In this document: in pieces, positions 22,558 to 33,863 of the stretch | Position numbering within the stretch: the stretch's first letter is position 1 | Layout: each line of letters opens with the position of its first letter | Origin: Escherichia coli | GTDB taxonomy: Bacteria > Pseudomonadota > Gammaproteobacteria > Enterobacterales > Enterobacteriaceae | Length of the DNA: 64,000 nt | Reading direction: 5' to 3' (one strand) | Assembly (NCBI RefSeq): GCF_003019035.1 | Contig: NZ_CP027447.1 | Translations under genes and position numbers: made by a program | The notes under the pieces: generated by a model | Seen by the model: the letters and a program-made list of their open reading frames with translations, nothing else | Told to the model about the DNA's origin: nothing | Databases searched by the model: none

Positions 22558-24752
22558 AATTTTTCCCCTTTCAACAGGATGCTTTGCGCATCACGAGGCT
22601 TGATGACATAGCACCAAACTTGCTTACGACCATCATGTTCTTCGATATAGACACCCTGAAGCTCCGGTGCAAAACCTGGCAGCAGGTTGATCCCTTCTTC
22701 CAGAGCGCTGAAGTAACGCAGAACAGCACCACCCCAGATTTCACCCGGAACAACACACAGCACACCCGGAGGATAAGGAAGCGCACCTTCTGCAGCGATA
22801 CGGCCTTCTGCATCCGGCAGACGAACCAGCTCCACTTCACCGCGTAAATAGGCGTAGTTGGCTTCTTGTGGATTCATGCTGACACGTGGGAAGTGTTCCT
22901 TACGAAACATCTCTTTTTGCAGTTGTTTCACGTTGTGACGGGCATACAAATCATGCATTTCCTGACACAACTGACGCAGGGTATAACCGGTGTAGCGCTC
23001 TTCATGCTGTTTGTAGATGGAAGGCAGTACTTCTGATAATGGCGCGTCGGACTCAAGCAGTTTTTCGAAGCGTACCAGCAGAGCAGCAAGTTGCTGAAGT
23101 TTGGCCATATCTTCTGCCGGAGTCAGCAGAAAGAGGATGGAGTTAAGATCGCATTTTTCCGGCACTACGCCATTTTCGCGCAGGAAGTTAGCAAGAATCG
23201 TCGCGGGTACACCGAACGCTTCATATTCGCCGTTACGTGCATCAATACCTGGGGTTGTCAGCAACAGTTTGCACGGATCGACAAAGTATTGATTCTCTGC
23301 ATAGCCTTCAAAAGAATGCCAGTGCTCACCTGGTACAAACTGGAAGAAGCGCAGATCAACCGCAATTTGCGCTGTTTCATACGACTGCCAGGGTTTACCA
23401 TCCACCAGTTCAGGTACGAATGGACGAATATGCTGACAGTTATCGAGGATCAGTTTGCGGGCATTAATGCCATTTACCACACAATCCATCCACATATTAC
23501 GACCGCTGACACCTTCATGCATTTTGGCGTTGATATCCAGTGCGGCAAACAGCGGATAGAACGGGCTGGTGGAGGCATGCATCATAAAGGCGTTGTTCAT
23601 GCGTTTGTGCGGTACATAACGCTGTTGCCCTTTGATATGGCTGTCTTTTTTATGGATTTGTGAAGTCTGGGAAAAACCAGCCTGCTGTTTATGCACAGAT
23701 TGCGTAACCAGAATACCCGGATCGTTCTCATTAAGATCCAGCAACAGTGGTGAACAGTCCGCCATCATCGGGATAAACTGCTCATAGCCGACCCATGCGG
23801 AGTCAAAGAGGATGTAGTCACACAGATGACCAATTTTATCCACCACCTGACGGGCGTTATAAATCGTACCGTCGTAAGTGCCTAGCTGAATAACGGCGAG
23901 GCGGAAAGGACGCGCCTCTTTTGCCCGCTGCGGTGCGACTTCTGTAATCAGTTCGCGCAGGTAATTTTCTTCGAAGCAGTGGGCATCAATACCACCGATA
24001 AAGCCATACGGGTTGCGTGCGGTTTCCAGATAAACTGGTGTTGCGCCAGCCTGTAGCAACGCTCCGTGGTGATTAGATTTATGGTTATTACGGTCAAACA
24101 GCACCAGATCCCCCGGTGTTAACAGGGCGTTTAAAACCACTTTGTTAGAAGATGAAGTGCCATTTAGAACGAAGTATGTTTTATCGGCATTAAACACTTT
24201 TGCCGCATGTTGCTGTGCAATGCATGGCGCGCCTTCGTGAATCAGCAGATCGCCCATTGCCACATCCGCGTTGCACAAGTCAGCACGGAACAGCGCCTCA
24301 CCAAAGTATTCCACAAACTGATTCCCCGCCGGATGGCGACGGAAAAATTCGCCGCCCTGATGACCGGGGCAATCAAACGCGCTGTTACCCTGATTGACAT
24401 AATCGACCAGTGCGCGGAAGAAGGGCGGGCGCAGTTGAGTTTCATAATGGCTGGCTGCGGTTTCTAACTGACGACCATAAAATTCTCGTCGCGATTCGCA
24501 ATTCTCAAAGACACCCGAAATACGGGGCAAATACTCTGCGGGTACACGTTCTTGATTTTCAGTAGCAATAAATACCGGGATGCCATAACCCGTGGCATCG
24601 ATTTCATCGAGTTTTCCGCGTGTAACATCGTTGAGCGATAAAACTATTGCCGCCACATCGATATTACTGTTTTCATTAATATAGATACATTCTCGCTGCG
24701 TGGTAAAACAGTCCGGGCAAGAATCACTAACCGCAATTTTTAATTTTGACAT
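22554..24752 (-). CDS. speF: inducible ornithine decarboxylase
   Basis: 732 aa from MSKLKIAVSDSCPDCF; fold-type I PLP decarboxylase. Confidence 0.95.
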   Translation of the reverse strand: MSKLKIAVSDSCPDCFTTQRECIYINENSNIDVAAIVLSLNDVTRGKLDEIDATGYGIPVFIATENQERVPAEYLPRISGVFENCESRREFYGRQLETAASHYETQLRPPFFRALVDYVNQGNSAFDCPGHQGGEFFRRHPAGNQFVEYFGEALFRADLCNADVAMGDLLIHEGAPCIAQQHAAKVFNADKTYFVLNGTSSSNKVVLNALLTPGDLVLFDRNNHKSNHHGALLQAGATPVYLETARNPYGFIGGIDAHCFEENYLRELITEVAPQRAKEARPFRLAVIQLGTYDGTIYNARQVVDKIGHLCDYILFDSAWVGYEQFIPMMADCSPLLLDLNENDPGILVTQSVHKQQAGFSQTSQIHKKDSHIKGQQRYVPHKRMNNAFMMHASTSPFYPLFAALDINAKMHEGVSGRNMWMDCVVNGINARKLILDNCQHIRPFVPELVDGKPWQSYETAQIAVDLRFFQFVPGEHWHSFEGYAENQYFVDPCKLLLTTPGIDARNGEYEAFGVPATILANFLRENGVVPEKCDLNSILFLLTPAEDMAKLQQLAALLVRFEKLLESDAPLSEVLPSIYKQHEERYTGYTLRQLCQEMHDLYARHNVKQLQKEMFRKEHFPRVSMNPQEANYAYLRGEVELVRLPDAEGRIAAEGALPYPPGVLCVVPGEIWGGAVLRYFSALEEGINLLPGFAPELQGVYIEEHDGRKQVWCYVIKPRDAQSILLKGEKL

Positions 24753-25009
24753 TTTCCAACTCTTTATTTTTGGTAATAGCAGGTCCTCAATTTCTCGAAT
24801 GAGAAATCGATCGTGCCGGAAAAAAAGCAAAGTTACCCTGCTGATAAATTAATCAGAAGTTTGCTTTTTTCAGAATGCAGAAACCCTTATCAGTCCGGTG
24901 GCTGATAATACAAGGGTTAACAGAGAATGAGCACTGCGGAATACAGGCATATGCCTGTAATACAGAGAGTCAGGAAGACCTGTACGCTGAAGTGCCCTTA
25001 GTCGGTAGA

Positions 25010-25114
25010 CTAACGGGCATTGAAGAAGTGAAAGTCGAAGCTATTGCGATGAGCAAACTTCATAATATGAGTTGTCCGCCTTATATGGGGCATAGTGCGG
25101 CTGTTATTTTCCAT
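25010..25114 (-). CDS. speFL: speFL, 34-codon leader ORF upstream of speF (ornithine-sensing ribosome-arrest peptide in this family)
   Basis: Own translation of minus strand: MENNSRTMPHIRRTTHIMKFAHRNSFDFHFFNAR; not in the track (below 60 aa). Confidence 0.8.
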   Translation of the reverse strand: MENNSRTMPHIRRTTHIMKFAHRNSFDFHFFNAR

Positions 25115-25285
25115 TTAATTTACCTTTCCTGATGTGAATGAAGGTGAAGGTATTCTATCCAGGAAATACGGTTGAACTGTGAAGGTGATCAATAAAAAAT
25201 GATCAATCTTAATTTATTTAATGATGAGCTTTTTACTCAGTAATATAAAATATTGAATTGTTATTTTTGTGTGTTGTTTAAGATA

Positions 25286-25313
25286 AAAAGCCGTATTTAT
25301 TATTACGGCTTTA
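25286..25313 (-). terminator. kdp operon terminator
   Basis: AAAGCCGTAATAATAAATACGGCTTTTT on the minus strand, 35 bp after the kdpE stop. Confidence 0.6.
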
Positions 25314-25347
25314 ATTAATAAAAGGCAGGATGTATTAAAATTAATAT

Positions 25348-26025
25348 TCAAAGCATAAACCGATACCCAATACCGGTTTCAGTAATGAAATGGCGGGGGC
25401 GAGCGGGATCCTGTTCCAGTTTTTGTCGCAGATGTCCCATATAAATACGCAAATAATGGCTGTGTTCGACCGCGTTTGGCCCCCACACCTGGTTAAGGAG
25501 CTGGCGCTGGGTGAGCACTTTTCCGGCATTGTTGAGCAGCACCGCCAGCAGGCGAAACTCAATCGGGGTGAGATGCACCTCTTCCTCACCGCGATGGATC
25601 ACGCGGGCGGCTAAATCGACGGTCACATCGGAAAATTTCACCAGCGGATCGGGCGCGGTGGTGGCGGAGTGGCGGCGTAAAGCGACGCGCAGACGGGCCT
25701 GCAATTCGCCAATGCCAAACGGCTTACTCAGGTAATCATCCGCTCCGGCATCCAGCGCGGCGATTTTGTCGCTCTCTTCGCTGCGTGCGGAAAGCACAAT
25801 CACCGGCACCGCGCTCCACTGGCGCAGGTCGCGGATAAACTCAATCCCATCACCATCGGGCAGGCCGAGATCGAGAATAATCAAATCTGGCTTACGGGTT
25901 GCCGCTTCCAGCAAGCCGCGTTGCAGCGTTTCGGCCTCAAAGACGCGCATCCCGTCGCCCTCCAGCGCCGTGCGCAGAAAGCGACGAATAGCCTGTTCAT
26001 CTTCAACAATCAGAACGTTTGTCAC
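25348..26025 (-). CDS. kdpE: response regulator KdpE (OmpR family)
   Basis: 225 aa; receiver domain with D52-type site, winged-helix C-terminus. Confidence 0.95.
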   Translation of the reverse strand: MTNVLIVEDEQAIRRFLRTALEGDGMRVFEAETLQRGLLEAATRKPDLIILDLGLPDGDGIEFIRDLRQWSAVPVIVLSARSEESDKIAALDAGADDYLSKPFGIGELQARLRVALRRHSATTAPDPLVKFSDVTVDLAARVIHRGEEEVHLTPIEFRLLAVLLNNAGKVLTQRQLLNQVWGPNAVEHSHYLRIYMGHLRQKLEQDPARPRHFITETGIGYRFML

Positions 26026-28706
26026 ATATCCTCATGAAATTCTTCAAGTTCAGGGGCTATTTGCTGGGGAAGTGTAACACGAAAACAGGCACCACCTTCC
26101 GGTCGGTTGAATGCGGTAATGGTGCCGCCGTGTACATCCACAATCGCCCGACAAATTGCCAGCCCAAGCCCGACGCCCGGCACTGCCGACTCTTTATTCC
26201 CGCGGGCAAACTTATCGAATATCGTCTGCTCCTGGCCTGGCGGAAGACCGGGGCCGTTATCCCAGACATCCAGTTGTAGATTTTCGCCCTCAACGTGGGC
26301 ATCGATACCAATTTCGGCCTGCGCACCCGCGTATTTCACCGCGTTCTCCAGCAGATTAATCAGCACCCGTTCAAAGAGTGGCCCGTCAACGTGGATTAAG
26401 GTCAGCGGCTCTGGCAGAGAAAGATTGATGGGCGACGATAAACCCGGTTCCAGCATTTGCAGCGCGCTGCCGACCACTTCTTCCAGCGTTAACCACTCTT
26501 TCTTCAAATTAAAGCCGCCGGACTGAATTCGCGCCATATCCAGTAGATTATTCACCAGTCGGGTCGTGTTCAGCACATGCTGGCGAATCTCGCTGGCCTG
26601 GCGGGCGTGGGGCGATCCTTCGCTTGCCAGATCGAGCGTTAAGATTTCTGCCTGACCGAACAGCACCGTAAGCGGCGTGCGTAAATCATGCGAAAGTGCC
26701 GCCAGCAGGGCATTGCGGATCTGTTCTCGTTCGCTTGCCATCCGCGCCTGTTCTTCGCTGGCGGTCAGCGTCAGCCGCTCAAGGGCATTGGCGACTAACA
26801 GCGTAAACGTCTCCAGCAGGCGCTGCTGTTCCGGGATCATCAATTGACGCAGATTCCCCGGTTCCACCACCACCAGTCCGTAGGTTTTCTCGCCGCTTTT
26901 TAGCGGCAAAATCTGGTACGGTACACCGGGTAACGTGTCGGTGCCCGCGCCCGCAGGCAGGCCTTTATCAAAACTCCACTGCGCGATGGCATCGTCCCAC
27001 GGCGTCATTCCTTGCGGATGTGTTAACGGCTGCAATTTACCGTTGTCATCGGGTAACAGCACCTGACTGCGGGCATGAAACGTGGAGGCAATAAATTGTT
27101 CGCTGGTGGCGGCGATGTCCTGCGGACTGCGGCCCACAGCCAGAGCTTTCGACATTTCATATAAGTGCCGTGTGCGTTGCTCGCGGTAACGGGCTACCCG
27201 CGCCTGATAACGCACGCCAGCAGTAAGGTTCCCGATCACCAGCCCGACGGTTAACATCACCGCGAAGGTCAGCAGATATTGCACATCAGAGACGGCGAGC
27301 GTGCCGCGTGGGGCGATAAAAAAGAGATCGAAACTCACTACATTAATGACGGTGGCGACCACCGAAGGCCAGCGTCCATAAAATAGCGCCACCACCACCA
27401 CGCCAAGCAGATACAGCATCACCAGGTTGGCGGCATCAAACGCCATCAGCCACTGCATGGCAATTAAGGTGATAACGGCGCATAACGCGGCGGCAACCAC
27501 GCATCCCTGAATCTGTACCCGCCACTTGTCTTTAAAAGAGCGGCTATCCGGCGCGTTGTTAATCGTGCGGGCGGGTGGGTCATCAAGCGCGACCAGCACC
27601 TGATCGAGATCGGGGGCGATACGCGCCAGTCGGTCAGCAAACGTTTCCCGACGCCACCAGCGGCGCGAGGCCGGGCGACCGAGAATAATCTTGCCGAGAT
27701 TATGTTCACGGGCATAACGCACTACCGCTTTCTCTTCCGCTGGATCAGAAAGTGTTGCCGTCTCCGCGCCCAGCTCCTGCGCCAGACGTAAGGCGCTGAG
27801 AATTGCCCGACGTTTTTTCTCCGGTAAGCGATGCAGGGCAGGGGTTTCAACATACACCGCGTGCCAGACACTGCCCAGGCGCGAGGCCAACCGCGCCGCC
27901 GCGCGGACCAGTTTCTCACTGCCGGTGTTATGCCCGATGCATAAAAGGATCGCGTCGCGCGTGTGCCAGACTTTCTCTTCGCCAGGATGCCCCCGCCAGG
28001 CGCGCATTTGCTCATCTACGCGATCGGCAGTACGGCGCAGTGCCAGTTCGCGCAGGGCGATCAGATTGCCTTTGCGAAAAAAATGTTCAATGGCGCGCTC
28101 CGCCTGCCCGGCAATATAGACTTTGCCTTCTTTCAGCCGCTGGCGCAGATCGTCCGGGGGCAAGTCCACCAGTACTACGTCGTCGGCGGCATCAAAAAAA
28201 GGATCGGGCACGGTCTCCCGTACCTGAATTCCGGTGACGCCGCTGACCACATCATTCAGACTTTCCAGATGCTGAACGTTAACGGTAGTGAAAACATCAA
28301 TGCCAGCTTCCAGCAGCTCCTCAATGTCCTGCCAGCGTTTGGGATGACGAGAACCTGGCGCATTACTGTGCGCCAGTTCGTCCATTAAGATCAGTGCCGG
28401 ACGGCGGGCGAGGGCGGCATCGAGATCAAACTCGCTGATGTGCCGCCCACGGTACGCCTGGCGTTTTAACGGCAGAACAGCCAGCCCTTCCAGCATTGCG
28501 GCGGTATCTTTCCGCCCGTGGGTTTCTACCACGCCAACCACAATATCCAGCCCTTGCGCCCGCAGTCGCTGGGCTTCCGCCAGCATCGCCCAGGTCTTCC
28601 CGACGCCTGCGCAGGCACCGAAGAAAACTTTCAGCTTCCCCCGATGCGGCGCGGCAGTTTGTTCCAGCAGACGATCGGGGTCGGGACGTAAGGGTTCGTT
28701 ATTCAT
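26022..28706 (-). CDS. kdpD: sensor histidine kinase KdpD
   Basis: 894 aa from [14 protein letters not shown]; Walker-[10 protein letters not shown], Usp domain, four TM helices, HisKA/HATPase. Confidence 0.95.
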   Translation of the reverse strand: MNNEPLRPDPDRLLEQTAAPHRGKLKVFFGACAGVGKTWAMLAEAQRLRAQGLDIVVGVVETHGRKDTAAMLEGLAVLPLKRQAYRGRHISEFDLDAALARRPALILMDELAHSNAPGSRHPKRWQDIEELLEAGIDVFTTVNVQHLESLNDVVSGVTGIQVRETVPDPFFDAADDVVLVDLPPDDLRQRLKEGKVYIAGQAERAIEHFFRKGNLIALRELALRRTADRVDEQMRAWRGHPGEEKVWHTRDAILLCIGHNTGSEKLVRAAARLASRLGSVWHAVYVETPALHRLPEKKRRAILSALRLAQELGAETATLSDPAEEKAVVRYAREHNLGKIILGRPASRRWWRRETFADRLARIAPDLDQVLVALDDPPARTINNAPDSRSFKDKWRVQIQGCVVAAALCAVITLIAMQWLMAFDAANLVMLYLLGVVVVALFYGRWPSVVATVINVVSFDLFFIAPRGTLAVSDVQYLLTFAVMLTVGLVIGNLTAGVRYQARVARYREQRTRHLYEMSKALAVGRSPQDIAATSEQFIASTFHARSQVLLPDDNGKLQPLTHPQGMTPWDDAIAQWSFDKGLPAGAGTDTLPGVPYQILPLKSGEKTYGLVVVEPGNLRQLMIPEQQRLLETFTLLVANALERLTLTASEEQARMASEREQIRNALLAALSHDLRTPLTVLFGQAEILTLDLASEGSPHARQASEIRQHVLNTTRLVNNLLDMARIQSGGFNLKKEWLTLEEVVGSALQMLEPGLSSPINLSLPEPLTLIHVDGPLFERVLINLLENAVKYAGAQAEIGIDAHVEGENLQLDVWDNGPGLPPGQEQTIFDKFARGNKESAVPGVGLGLAICRAIVDVHGGTITAFNRPEGGACFRVTLPQQIAPELEEFHEDM

Positions 28707-29271
28707 CAAGCTTATCCAGCGCCAGATTGAGTTCGACAATGTTGACGACCGGCTGGCCGATATAGTTCACCAGCGGTTGTTGGCTGTATTTTGCGATCAG
28801 TTGCGTGAGCTGTTCAACGCTGAGATTACGCGCTTTCGCCACGCGTGGGATCTGCCAGGCCGCCGCTTGCGGGGTGATGTTATTGTCCAGCCCGCTTGCC
28901 GACGCCGTCACCAGTTCAACCGGAACGCTCGTGCTGGCGTCCGGGTTAGCGGCCCGTAATGCGGCAACGCGTGCGGCTATCTGTTTATCCAGCTCCGGGT
29001 TACTGACTGCCAGATTGCTCCCGCCAGAAGCCTGTGGATTATAGGGCATTTCTGCTGTTGCCGACGGGCGACCATGAAAATAGCCGTTGCCGGTAAAATT
29101 TTGCCCGATTAATGCCGAACCGCGCACCGTATCACCTTCACGAATCAATGAACCGTTGGCCTGCCAGGGAAACCACCATTGCCCCAGTGCGGTGGTCAGC
29201 AGCGGGTAAACGCCGCCAGTAATCAATAACAGAAAGAGAAATGTCGATAATGCCGGACGTAATCCACTCAT
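28699..29271 (-). CDS. kdpC: K+-transporting ATPase subunit C
   Basis: 190 aa from [25 protein letters not shown]. Confidence 0.9.
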   Translation of the reverse strand: MSGLRPALSTFLFLLLITGGVYPLLTTALGQWWFPWQANGSLIREGDTVRGSALIGQNFTGNGYFHGRPSATAEMPYNPQASGGSNLAVSNPELDKQIAARVAALRAANPDASTSVPVELVTASASGLDNNITPQAAAWQIPRVAKARNLSVEQLTQLIAKYSQQPLVNYIGQPVVNIVELNLALDKLDE

Positions 29272-29279
29272 GGTAAACC

Positions 29280-31328
29280 TCACACCAGACCGCAAACGGT
29301 TAGCAGTAAATCAATGACTTTGATACCAATAAACGGCACCAGCAGCCCACCCAGACCGTAAATCCATAAGTTACGGCGCAACATGGCAGAAGCGGTAAGC
29401 GGTTTATAACTCACGCCTTTTAACGCCAGGGGAATCAAAAAGACGATAATCAAGGCGTTGAAAATCACCGCACTGAGAATGGCGGAGTCGGGCGAATGCA
29501 GGCGCATGATGTTCAGCGCATTTAACTGCGGATACGTTGCCGCGAACGCCGCCGGAATAATGGCGAAGTATTTCGCCACATCGTTGGCAATGCTGAAGGT
29601 GGTCAGCGAGCCACGGGTCATCAGCATCTGTTTGCCAATATGTACCACCTCGATCAACTTGGTCGGGTTGGAGTCGAGATCCACCATATTGCCCGCTTCT
29701 TTCGCCGCCTGAGTACCAGAGTTCATCGCCACCGCGACATCTGCCTGCGCCAGCGCCGGAGCATCGTTGGTGCCGTCGCCGGTCATCGCCACCAAACGGC
29801 CTTCCGCCTGATACTGACGAATCAATGCCAGCTTGGCCTCCGGTGTCGCTTCGGCGAGAAAATCATCGACACCCGCTTCCGCAGCTATCGCGGCGGCAGT
29901 CAGACGGTTATCACCGGTAATCATCACCGTTTTAATGCCCATTTTACGCAGCTGGGCGAAGCGCTCTTTAATACCGCCTTTGACGATATCTTTCAGCGCA
30001 ATAACGCCCAGCACACGAGAACCTTCCACCACCACCAGCGGCGTAGCTCCCTGACGCGCAACCTGATCGACTTTTTGATCAACATCGGCAGGGAAGTGAC
30101 CACCGTTAGCCTCAACATGGCGGCGAATGGCATCGACAGAACCTTTACGGATCATGCGGTTGTCGATGTTGATCCCGCTCATCCGGCTTTGCGCAGTAAA
30201 CGGTACAAAGGTGGCGTGAAGCGACTGCACATCGCGCTCACGCAGGTTAAAACGCTGCTTGGCGAGGATCACAATACTGCGGCCTTCCGGCGTTTCATCA
30301 GCCAGCGAAGCCAGTTGTGCGGCGTCAGCCAGCGTTTTTTCATCCACGCCCTGCGCAGGGATAAACTCCGACGCCTGACGGTTACCAAGTGTGATGGTGC
30401 CGGTTTTATCCAGTAGCAGAACGTCAACGTCACCTGCCGCTTCAACTGCACGTCCGCTGGTGGCAATCACATTCGCGCCCAGCATCCGACTCATCCCGGC
30501 GACGCCAATCGCTGACAACAGGCCGCCAATAGTGGTTGGGATCAGACAGACCAGCAGCGCCACCAGTACCGTTACACTCACTGCATTACCGCCCCACGCG
30601 GAAAACGGCCATAGCGTGGCGGTTGCCAGTAAAAAGACGATAGTCAGGGCAATCAGGAGAATGGTCAGGGCAATCTCGTTCGGCGTTTTGCGTCGCTGTG
30701 CGCCTTCCACCATTGCGATCATCCGATCCAGAAATGTCTCGCCGGGGTTAACGCTGCACTCAATCACCAGCCAGTCAGAAAGAATACGCGTGCCGCCAGT
30801 GACGGAGGCAAAATCGCCGCCGGATTCACGGATCACCGGTGCCGATTCCCCGGTGATGGCGCTTTCATCGACCGATGCGCCCCCTTCAATGACTTCACCA
30901 TCGCAGGGGATAATATCGCCAGCTTCTACCAGCACGATGTCACCTTTACGCAGTTGAACGGCAGGAACTTTGTCCGCCGCAGCGCCATATTTCGGCTCAC
31001 GCAGCTTGCGGGCAAAGGCAGTTTTTTTCACCCCTTTCAGACTGTTGGCCTGCGCTTTACTGCGGCCTTCTGCCAGCGCCTCGGCGAAATTAGCGAACAG
31101 TACGGTGACCCACAGCCAGCCGCTAATTGCCGCGCTAAACAGCGCATTGCCAGGCATCGCCCCGCTTGCCATCGCGATGCTAATACAGGTGGTCAGCAGA
31201 CTGCCGATCCAGACGATAAACATCACCGGATTGCGCCATTGCGCCTGCGGGTTTAATTTTTTCACCGCTTCTTTCAGCGCCTGAACGACAAGTGTTGGTT
31301 CGAATAGCGCCAGTTGTTTACGACTCAT
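29280..31328 (-). CDS. kdpB: K+-transporting P-type ATPase subunit B
   Basis: 682 aa; DKTGT phosphorylation motif and [11 protein letters not shown]. Confidence 0.95.
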   Translation of the reverse strand: MSRKQLALFEPTLVVQALKEAVKKLNPQAQWRNPVMFIVWIGSLLTTCISIAMASGAMPGNALFSAAISGWLWVTVLFANFAEALAEGRSKAQANSLKGVKKTAFARKLREPKYGAAADKVPAVQLRKGDIVLVEAGDIIPCDGEVIEGGASVDESAITGESAPVIRESGGDFASVTGGTRILSDWLVIECSVNPGETFLDRMIAMVEGAQRRKTPNEIALTILLIALTIVFLLATATLWPFSAWGGNAVSVTVLVALLVCLIPTTIGGLLSAIGVAGMSRMLGANVIATSGRAVEAAGDVDVLLLDKTGTITLGNRQASEFIPAQGVDEKTLADAAQLASLADETPEGRSIVILAKQRFNLRERDVQSLHATFVPFTAQSRMSGINIDNRMIRKGSVDAIRRHVEANGGHFPADVDQKVDQVARQGATPLVVVEGSRVLGVIALKDIVKGGIKERFAQLRKMGIKTVMITGDNRLTAAAIAAEAGVDDFLAEATPEAKLALIRQYQAEGRLVAMTGDGTNDAPALAQADVAVAMNSGTQAAKEAGNMVDLDSNPTKLIEVVHIGKQMLMTRGSLTTFSIANDVAKYFAIIPAAFAATYPQLNALNIMRLHSPDSAILSAVIFNALIIVFLIPLALKGVSYKPLTASAMLRRNLWIYGLGGLLVPFIGIKVIDLLLTVCGLV

Positions 31329-31350
31329 ATTCAGTGCTCACTCAATATCA

Positions 31351-33024
31351 TCAGGAGAGATATTCCGCCACCGGACCAAGCGCCAGGGCAGGGATAAAGG
31401 TCAGTGCGCCAACCAGCAACACGGTGCCGATTAACAGGCCAACAAACAGCGGGCCGTGCGTTGGCAATGTGCCGGAGCTGGCGGGTTGGCTCTTTTTACT
31501 CACCAGCGAACCGGCAATTGCCATCACCGGGATAATCACCCCGAAGCGCCCGACAAACATGCACAACGCCAGTAAACAGTTCCAGAATGGAGAGTTGGCG
31601 CTTAATCCGGCAAAGGCGCTGCCGTTGTTGTTAGCGGCGGATGACACGGCGTACAGCACTTCGCTAAAACCATGCGGGCCAGGGTTGAGCATGGCGCTAC
31701 GTCCGGCGTCGGTCATCATTGCCAGCGCCGCGCCCATCAGCACCAGCGTCGGGGTGACCAGAATCGCCAGTGCAGTCAGTTTCATCTCGCGTACGTCGAT
31801 TTTTTTACCCAGATATTCCGGTGTACGACCAATCATCAGCCCGGCAATAAACACCGCCAGCAGGACAAACAGCATCATGCCGTAAAGGCCGGAACCGACG
31901 CCGCCGAATACCACTTCACCAATTTGCATCAACCACATCGGCACCATGCCACCAAGAGCGGTAAACGAATCATGCATCGCAATCACCGCGCCGCAGGAAG
32001 CCGCCGTAGTCACGACCGCAAACAGGCTACTGACCAGCACGCCGAAACGGCTCTCTTTACCTTCCATATTGATGCTGCTGTCCGCGCCGAGCGCCAGCAG
32101 ATGAGGATTACCCTGAACTTCTGCCCACATCACTACGCCTACGCAGATGACAAAAATCACCGACATCGCCCACAGCAACATGCGCCCCTGGCGACGATCG
32201 CCCGCCACTTCACCAAAGGCAAAGCACAGCGCTGTTGGGATCAAGAAAATCGCCAGCATTTGCACGAAGTTGGTCAGTGCGGTTGGGTTTTCAAACGGAT
32301 GCGACGAGTTGGCATTAAAGAAGCCACCGCCGTTAGTACCGAGCATCTTGATCGCTTCCTGAGAAGCTACTGGCCCCATTGGTAACAGCTGTTGCGCTCC
32401 TTCAATGGTCGTCACAGCCTGATAAGGCTGAAAGTTTTGCAGTGCACCTTGTTGAATAAAAAACAGTGCGATCAACAATGCCACAGGGGCTAACACCCAT
32501 AACGTGATGCGTAGCAGATCGACCCAGGCATTACCGAGCGTGCTCATGCTCTGGCGGGTAAACGCACGGATGAGGGCAAAAATCACCGCAATCCCGCTGG
32601 CGGCAGAAAGAAAGTTTTGCACCGTTAAGCCCGCCATCTGGCTGAAATAGCTCAACGTGGTTTCACCGCTATAAGATTGCCAGTTGGTATTCGTGACAAA
32701 GCTGACGGCGGTATTGAGCGCCAGATCCCACGACAGCCCCGGCAACTGCTGTGGATTAAGCGGCAAATAGTGCTGACCGAGCAACATAAAAAACAGCACC
32801 GCCAGCCCCAGCATATTCAGGCCAAGAATGGCTGAGAGATACTGCTTCCAGTTCATCTCGCGGTCAGAGACGCCAAGCGCGCTAAAGAGTACGCGTTCAA
32901 CGCCCGTCGTACCAGGAAGAGGAATATCATTAATCAGCCGCGCCAGCCCGCTGCCTAAAGGACGTGCCAGCACCATTAACACCAGTAAAAACGTGGCGAT
33001 CAGTAAGAACCCTTGCGCAGCCAT
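31351..33024 (-). CDS. kdpA: K+-transporting ATPase subunit A
   Basis: 557 aa from [16 protein letters not shown]; track ORF begins at an upstream ATG, trimmed. Confidence 0.9.
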   Translation of the reverse strand: MAAQGFLLIATFLLVLMVLARPLGSGLARLINDIPLPGTTGVERVLFSALGVSDREMNWKQYLSAILGLNMLGLAVLFFMLLGQHYLPLNPQQLPGLSWDLALNTAVSFVTNTNWQSYSGETTLSYFSQMAGLTVQNFLSAASGIAVIFALIRAFTRQSMSTLGNAWVDLLRITLWVLAPVALLIALFFIQQGALQNFQPYQAVTTIEGAQQLLPMGPVASQEAIKMLGTNGGGFFNANSSHPFENPTALTNFVQMLAIFLIPTALCFAFGEVAGDRRQGRMLLWAMSVIFVICVGVVMWAEVQGNPHLLALGADSSINMEGKESRFGVLVSSLFAVVTTAASCGAVIAMHDSFTALGGMVPMWLMQIGEVVFGGVGSGLYGMMLFVLLAVFIAGLMIGRTPEYLGKKIDVREMKLTALAILVTPTLVLMGAALAMMTDAGRSAMLNPGPHGFSEVLYAVSSAANNNGSAFAGLSANSPFWNCLLALCMFVGRFGVIIPVMAIAGSLVSKKSQPASSGTLPTHGPLFVGLLIGTVLLVGALTFIPALALGPVAEYLS

Positions 33025-33101
33025 CAGAACGCCTCCGCATTGATCAGGGCATAAACCAGATAACCCAGTAATAAAAACACCAGCAACACGCCTGCACTCA
33101 C
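33024..33101 (-). CDS. kdpF: kdpF-like small hydrophobic peptide, 25 codons, GTG start
   Basis: Own translation (V/M)[29 protein letters not shown] 6 nt upstream of GTG; stop overlaps the kdpA start. Confidence 0.5.
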   Translation of the reverse strand: MSAGVLLVFLLLGYLVYALINAEAF

Positions 33102-33173
33102 AGTGCACCTCCAGTGGCCGAAAAGTGATATCGGAAGGGTAGAATTCTGGCTGCAAAGATTTCGCAAAAATCT

Positions 33174-33203
33174 GCGGGCGGGGTGTAAAAAAAGTATAAA
33201 AAT
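33174..33203 (-). promoter_or_regulatory. KdpE operator of the kdpFABC promoter
   Basis: Minus strand reads CATTTTTATACTTTTTTTACACCCCGCCCG, matching the KdpE-protected site as I recall it. Confidence 0.65.
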
Positions 33204-33413
33204 GGCAAAAGCCATGATTTAACTGATGGTTAGTATTAATTTAACTTTTGTGTAACTTAATTACAGTGTGAATGTAAATAAACCATCAATAAGCAAAAAT
33301 AAGTGGTCGGATGAGTAGTAAAATTACACAAAAGGCGGTACTATTTTCATCAGATAAACAAATTCATTTTTCCGGTGCCATTCACCGGGTAGATACAACA
33401 GGGGGAGAAAAGT

Positions 33414-33620
33414 ATGGAACTTTACAGAGAATATCCTGCATGGCTTATCTTTTTACGCCGTACTTATGCGGTTGCAGCGGGCGTTCTGGCGCTGCCTTTC
33501 ATGCTTTTCTGGAAAGACCGCGCCCGCTTTTACAGCTACCTGCACCGCGTCTGGTCGAAAACCAGCGAGAAACCGGTGTGGATGGATCAGGCCGAAAAGG
33601 CAACTGGTGATTTTTACTGA
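33414..33620 (+). CDS. ybfA: DUF2517 small protein
   Basis: 68 aa [20 protein letters not shown]... Confidence 0.8.
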   Translation: MELYREYPAWLIFLRRTYAVAAGVLALPFMLFWKDRARFYSYLHRVWSKTSEKPVWMDQAEKATGDFY

Positions 33621-33642
33621 TTGCTGAGTTCTGAATACATTG

Positions 33643-33675
33643 AAAACCGCCAGCGGAAACGCTGGCGGTTTTTTT
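33643..33675 (+). terminator. ybfA terminator
   Basis: AAAACCGCCAGCG-GAAA-CGCTGGCGGTTTTTTT. Confidence 0.7.
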
Positions 33676-33863
33676 GTATCAGGAAGATGTTCAGAGGAAT
33701 ATTTAGACACCGTTATACCAATCGAAACATATATTCATAAAACATATATAAATATTTTCCTAATTGTTTCTATCTGACGGATATCTCACTTAAGGCTTTC
33801 TTATAAATCTGTAGGGTTTCGCCTGTCAGCAGACAAATAACCCGATAAAACAAGGATGAGCAG

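Noticed and set aside
24875-25132. 85-aa plus-strand ORF in the speF leader region
   Set aside because: The opposite strand carries the 34-codon speFL leader ORF with a recognisable sequence in the correct orientation for speF; the plus-strand frame is fortuitous.
26107-28959. ORFs in alternative frames across kdpD and kdpC (for example 27803-28237, 28438-28959)
   Set aside because: They overlap well-supported kdp genes and show Arg/Pro-rich composition typical of out-of-frame translation.
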